Shown in pieces: positions 57,591 to 64,000 of a DNA stretch of 64,000 nucleotides. Source of the DNA: Eledone cirrhosa (taxonomy: Eukaryota); contig OZ024741.1 in assembly GCA_964016885.1 (NCBI GenBank), positions 27,404,001 to 27,468,000 on the forward strand. The letters are read 5' to 3'. The notes below the pieces were generated by a model. The model searched no databases and was not told the origin of the DNA. It saw only the letters and a program-made list of their open reading frames with translations. Positions within the stretch are counted from its first letter, which is position 1. Each line of letters starts with the position of its first letter. A program made the translations under genes and the position numbers.

Positions 57591-58399
57591 TCTCTATAAT
57601 ATATTGTCTTTATTTGATTGCCAACCACTTTACAGAATGTGCCGGGTGTATTTTATTGTGACACCAGCACTGGCAAGGTTGCCTTGTCTCCTGTAAAAAT
57701 AACACCATGCAGCTGGAACTCTTTAGGTTACTCATCATTACTGGGTATCATCTTGGTAAATATATCCTCAATATAACAATGACTGCATCACAAAGAAAAG
57801 CCTTTCTCTTCAGAGCCTGAAAATACTTCACCAGTGACCACAATAAAACATTTCTTCCACATCTGGAATGGTGCTGTTTGCTGTTGCTACAGAAACACAG
57901 ACATTCTAGATCACCCTTACCCTACTAGCTAAATTTTTCTTGCAGCCATCAACTATATATTGATCAATAGAAACATCTACGTTGTTCATCTCTTTCTAGG
58001 ACAACACAGAAACAGGAGAGAAAACACAATATCTTCCTTCTGGTGAAACCTTTACAATATATATACACACACAAAAGAAGCAGGTTAGAGGAAATATTCA
58101 CTATAATCCCATTTGCTTACATTACTCCCTCAATAAGGTATGGTACATATATATATTTATATTAAAATAGATAATATATTAGGGAACAAAAAATCATTGT
58201 TGCATCATATACATATTTAATTACATATTACATATGTTTCACTGCCGATCAGCTCGAGGAACGATCGATTCATTATTACGAGATCAACCGAAACAAATGA
58301 AAGTGTTTGTTTGTTATTACTTCGTATTTAAAAACTAAACAATAATTGAAGACATCCCTGCAATATGACTGTATCATGCAATAAAATATAAAATATATA

Positions 58400-58717
58400 C
58401 AGTCTACCCCTGCATTCGCGGTAATGGTTATCCGCGGAATTTTCATGAGAACTTAACTAATAATTGTTCGTGGAAACCGCCACATGTTCACAGAATTGTA
58501 AATATCTTCTGCGCATTTTTATGCATTTTTTCTTGGCAATATATATCGTTTCACGCTTTTTAACGCTAAATAGCAATATACTGTATTTGCAACCTATATT
58601 TTACATTATATTTTGATGTTTATAGGTATTTTTATGGACCACGTCCAATGTTTGCGGTTTTTTACTCTTCGTGGGTATTCTAAGAATGTAATCCCCGCGA
58701 ATACCGGGGGACAACTG
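58400..58717. mobile_element. Tigger/pogo-like MITE
   Basis: TA-CAGTCTACCCCTGCATTCGCGG ... CCGCGAATACCGGGGGACAACTG-TA: degenerate TIRs with a TA target duplication. Confidence 0.65.
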
Positions 58718-58803
58718 TATTTAAAATATGTTTCCTTCGTTTGTTTTGTGTCATATTATAAACTTGCGTAAAATAACCCTCAAAAACCTGTGCATTATAT
58801 ATA

Positions 58804-59746
58804 ATGAAAAATGCGCAAGCTCAAAAGTGCCACAGAATGTTATAATAAACCTTCAAAAGTGTGGGACTAGAGTTGTTGCTAAAAAATATTGTAATCATTA
58901 TATATCGTACATTCTGTGGCATCCTTTATAAAAATAGCTTAAACCAACGAAGCCTTTATTTTTACGCTATTTCACTTAGTTAATTCTTAGAGTGTAACAT
59001 ATAAAAATATGATTTACAACTATAAAATAAATTAATTAATATAATAACAGAGCTGCGGAGCTGAAATTTAGGAAATAATGGAGTATCGGATCCTGAGTTG
59101 AAGCCAGTCAATTTTTGGCCGACTCCACAGCCCTGTATAATACATTTCATATTAAAGTTATTAATAAACCTATTTTACACTTCATGCAAATTACCACGAG
59201 ATATTGATATTAGATATAAGATACAGCGCAATATCTACAGCTGTAAAAGTACGAAAGCGAAGTAATAATAAGTGGCTTAAGGTAATTCCAATATGAAAGT
59301 TTGTAGTGATAAAAATTTGATAATGCAATACGATTGTTAATATTATAGTTCTATGAAAATGTAACAATAGATAACTAAATTATTTTACTATTAGTATATT
59401 TAAGAAATTATCATTATAGATTTGATCGTTCATATAAGCATCATATTAAGTTTCAACACAATTATTTTGTTACTATGAGTATATGATAATAATATTACGT
59501 AATTATTTATAGCTGTTATTACATTAAACATAGATGTATTTATTTTTATATGTTACACTCTAAGAATTAACTAAGTGAAATAGCGTAAAAATAAAGGCTT
59601 CGTTGGTTTAAGCTATTTTTATAAAGGATGCCACAGAATGTACGATATATAATGATTACAATATTTTTTAGCAACAACTCTAGTCCCACACTTTTGAAGG
59701 TTTATTATAACATTCTGTGGCACTTTTGAGCTTGCGCATTTTTCAT
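58804..59746. repeat. 206-bp apparently perfect inverted repeats separated by a 531-bp spacer
   Basis: 58804-59009 is the reverse complement of 59541-59746. No clear target-site duplication. Confidence 0.9.
59048..59135. mobile_element. 88-bp hAT-like MITE
   Basis: CAGAGCTGCGGAG...CTCCACAGCCCTG termini with 8-bp flanks TATAATAA and TATAATAC. Confidence 0.65.
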
Positions 59747-60868
59747 GTCTAGTTTAATATTTTTTTAAGGCAACGCTTGTAATAACTCTAGTTAAACAGG
59801 ATATATATTAATAATAAATTATCGTTGTAATGTAATTAGATTATGTAATTGTTATTATAAATTATCTTATAAATATTAGTGTAAGATGTATAAAAATATT
59901 TTCAGACTTTTAATATAAACAACTACAAAAAACAATCAATATTAAATCAATATATTATACATAATAGAAAACATAAAATATACAATACAAAAACAAAATA
60001 TTTACATACAATTGCAATTATCAGTGTATATACATTTTCTTTATATTCCCTGAGCAAATTAATAAGATTTGTTTTTATTGTACATAATTTGATGACTTGT
60101 TGGAGTGTATTAAAAGATAGCAACAATTTGTGATTAAATTGTTATCTTAAGCAACTCACTTTTTAATAGTTGTTGGCTGAGCGAAATTGTAAAAGCCTAT
60201 GAGCAAATATAAAAAAAAATACACAAACAACATTTCCTTGTGTTATTACAACATTAGATAAAATAATTGAGCAATGTCGTTATATTTTGCTCTTATTGCA
60301 CATTAATAGTGTTTCTATTTTTCGGCACAAATCCATTACGGCAGTCCATTACTGGTACTTTATTTTATCGAATTAGTAAGTATGAAAGTCGAAGTTAACC
60401 TCGGCAGGATTTGAACTTAGAATGCAAAGGACCATAACAATACTGCAAAGCATGGTGTCTGACGCTCTACCAATACTTGTGTTGAGCTGGTCATTAATTT
60501 ATGGTGGTCGTGCGTGGAGTAGAGCAATCGCTAGTTGAAATATTATGAACAAAACATTTTTATTTGCCGAAGAACATATTTTCAATACTGTTTGTGAATG
60601 TGACGAAGGAAATACATTCTGATATGGAACAGTGTACAAAGTGTGTCTGTGAATAACATAATGTTACCTCATGTTGTTGTCAAGACATAATGGATTTCGT
60701 ATATCCAGTTAGAAGATGAAACCTAGCCATCTCGGATTAGTTATATTTCATGCCATGTGTAAAACGTGTTTGAGGATAGCAAAATATGCGCGTTAATTAT
60801 AATAATTAGTTAATAATATTACAAAATATACCTAATTAAACTCTTTGCTTGAAATTTTATCATTCTTC

Positions 60869-60916
<48 letters not shown>

Positions 60917-62363
60917 GGAGAGAGATTTATCTAGTCCTTCGCTCAAGATTAATCTATAAGTTTAGATGTTTGCCTTCGTTTAAGTAAATATTACAGTAAG
61001 ATTTTTAATATAAACAACTACAAAAAACAATTAATATTAAAACGAAAAAATTATCAATGATAAAAGAAGCGGATGCAACTTTTTTTTTTATAAAGTTATA
61101 TTCCTGTTTCTTTAAAGAACATTTCATTTTTGTTCTATTGTAGGCGAAATAATGCAATGGTTTAATAGGGAAGATATAACTTACGAATTATGTCTCTAAC
61201 CGTGTAACGCTTTTTAAGTAGATAACTACAATTGAAAATACTAAAGAAATGGAACCAACAATTCAATTTGAAAGTCGTCTAGTGACAGTGTATTACTGGT
61301 ACTTTATTTTATCGACCCCGTAACGATGAAAGGCAAAAATGCAAATGCTTAAAATTTAAATTGCCTTAATTCTATCGTCTGCTGTTTCATTAAAGGGAGA
61401 TTATCGTCTGTATTTAATTCTATCGTCTACTGTTCCACTAAACAGATATACCTCCACTATCGTCTCTATTTATACATTTTAACTTATAACTTATACACAT
61501 TTGATTTGAAATATTTTATCTAGTCCCCCCTCTCAATATTATGATGATTTCTTTCGAATGAAACAGTTCTAGTCCTGTAGAAACCATTTATATATATAAT
61601 TGAACTGAGTTAAAAATTCACAATATTTATAATTAAATAAGCTCATATATATATGTGTGTATTTATCTGTTTATTGTATTATATATAATGTGTGTATATA
61701 CAGGATGTCCCCCAAAAATATATACACACTTCAACAGTATTCTAATAACTATTGCCTGTACAGGTAATCAAAGTGTCAATCGAATGTTAGTTTCGTGTTT
61801 TAACAGTACAAATTTACAATACACACATAAAACCAGTGTATATACATACATGAGTGTGTATACACATACATGAATGTGTATATACAATATATATGTATAT
61901 ATATATAGACACATATATTCACGGTGCAACGGTACATTAAAATATAGATGCGGGAGAGGGGGGGTGTATATATAGGGGCGCTGGGGATAAAGGAGTGTAA
62001 AGCGTGTGTAATTGATATATTGAAGGAGAGGAGCGTGCAGCGATAGAGTAACAAATATATAGAGAGGGGGAGAGATGGTATTGAAGGGGAGGAGTGCAAA
62101 GCGAAAGAGTAAGAGATATATATAGAGACGGAACAGATAGAGAGAAACAGGCGTAAGTAACAGTGGAAGAGATATAGAGAGAGGTACTCTGATTGGTTGA
62201 AAATTAGCCAATGACATACGATCACCACCACCACGGCTATCCCCGAAACATTTTTTAAGAAGCTACGCATATATGTTAGAACACGAAAAGTGAACATTCT
62301 GTTGTTTCACACTTTTCGTGTTCTAACAGATATATAATGCACAGGTTTTATATATATATATAA

Positions 62364-62532
62364 GGGCGGTGGATTGGCAGTATCGGTAGAGGGTCGGACG
62401 CCATGCTTTCCACCATAGTTACGTCCCTTTACGATCTGAGTTCAAATCCCGCCGAGGTTGACTTTGCCTTTCATCCTTACGGGGTCGATAAAATAAAAGT
62501 ACCAGTAATGGCCTTGTGCCTAAAGTAGAAAC

Positions 62533-62538
<6 letters not shown>
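62364..62538 (+). mobile_element. SINE group B copy in (TA)n
   Basis: Complete head GGCGGTGGATTGGCAGTATCGGTAGAG, B-box-like GAGTTCAAATCCC, body and tail. Confidence 0.82.
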
Positions 62539-62577
<39 letters not shown>

Positions 62578-62955
62578 AAAAATGGAGTGCTGCGTGGTTG
62601 TATATGGGTTACATATTAATAAAATGAGTCCTTCATCAGTGATCTTCCAACCTTCATTGGTATTTCATCGCTTTAAAAATCATATGCCGAGCAATAACTA
62701 AATAAAGTGCGAGCAATAACTAAATAAAGTTATTGGGCCAAGTAAAATAGCGTGAAGCGAGCGAGACATGTAAACAAACAAAGATGGTATTGCAATGGAA
62801 AGATAGGAAGAGACAAGTACATGATATCTATAAGCTTAAGCTTGGTGAAATCATGGACGAGAGATACAGACCATCCGACATGGGTGAAATGTGAGCGAGA
62901 AAAGGATTTCACACAGGTTAAATGGGAGGAAGTGAGAGAGAGGGAGAAGCAGAGA

Positions 62956-63030
<75 letters not shown>

Positions 63031-63349
63031 GTGTGTATCTATTAATGTGTGTGAGTGTGTGTGTGTTTCAGATATGTTCTTTTGAATAGGCTTCGTAGGC
63101 GGTAAACCCAACCCTAAAGGGATGCAACTCCAGCCGGGATCATGCGAGAAGGACTGTTGAAACATTTTCTTTTCGTTGTAGCCAAAAATTTTGGCTGCTT
63201 GGGATTCAATTTTCATTTGTTATAACGAGATGCTTTTATTGTTGTTTTAATAAGCTTGTGGCGAGGATTGAAAAAAAATTCATTATAATGGTATTCGTTA
63301 TAACGGAATTTTACTTGTATATATGTATATGTGTACATATATATATATA

Positions 63350-63546
63350 ATGGTTTCTGATTTTGGAGGAGGGAAAAAGTCAATTAAATCGACCTCAGTG
63401 CGAGACTGGTGCTTTGTTATCGACCACGTAAGGATGAAAGGAAAAGCTAACCTCAGAAGGATGTGAACTCAGAACGTAAAGGGCCATAACTCTAAGTGAC
63501 AAAGCATGTTGTCCGACGCTCTACCGATACTGCCAATATACCGCCG
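63350..63546 (-). mobile_element. SINE group B copy
   Basis: Reverse complement of the family consensus. Confidence 0.75.
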
Positions 63547-64000
63547 AAAATTAACAAAGAGAAGACAACGAAGGAAATCAAGGTAAAACGAAAACAATTA
63601 TAAAAGCTGCGTCATTCTATCACTTCAGAGTCAAAATACAACAAAAATATGAGGATACGATATGGGAGAACACTCTCTGGAGTATATAACCCCAGCGGAC
63701 AGAATGGAAAAAGTGTTGCTCCGGAAAATAGTGAGGGCGACGCGTTGAAATAGCCATTCCAACTGGCAGGACTCACTCCAGCGGGTAGTCAACTCAACTA
63801 TATTCAGAGTTGTTTCCCTTAGAAAACTATGCTGCAAGGGAGGAAACTGCTCTGCTTAAGTTTGATATATATATGTAAATGTATACTTTTTTACCAGTTC
63901 CAGCTATCCGACTAAGGCCATGCTGAGACACCGCCCTTATAATATATTTTAAATTTCTGTTAAAAACTCTAAATGATCTTAAATGAGTTAAGTTATTTTA

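Noticed and set aside
61699-61740. Tc1/mariner element starting TA-CAGGATGTCCCCCAAAA
   Set aside because: Only one TIR-like end was found, with no matching partner or transposase. The same applies to the lone TIR-like end near 63295-63318.

Overview
AT-rich, repeat-dense animal genomic DNA. The SINE, RTE and microsatellite landscape is most consistent with an octopus or other coleoid cephalopod (inference). Only one host coding exon is supported: the terminal exon of a class VI POU homeobox gene (POU6F2/pdm3-like, 17181-17305, + strand), which the ORF track misses. The first ~15.3 kb is an 18-bp minisatellite. On the POU6 sense strand nearly every unit carries TACTAAC (branch-point consensus and STAR-protein/Quaking/SF1 site) followed by TACAG, and the array appears to lie in an intron of POU6. 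The rest contains a decayed 5'-truncated RTE LINE with a PHD-type finger inside its RT region, a FLYWCH/MULE transposase relic, piggyBac-, hAT- and Tigger-like MITEs, and two abundant SINE groups. It also holds several families of short, often fold-back, elements next to (TA)n tracts that carry minimal type I hammerhead ribozyme motifs (Penelope-like). Almost all ORFs in the supplied track are translations of simple repeats. All structures were read by eye; no database search or folding program was run.
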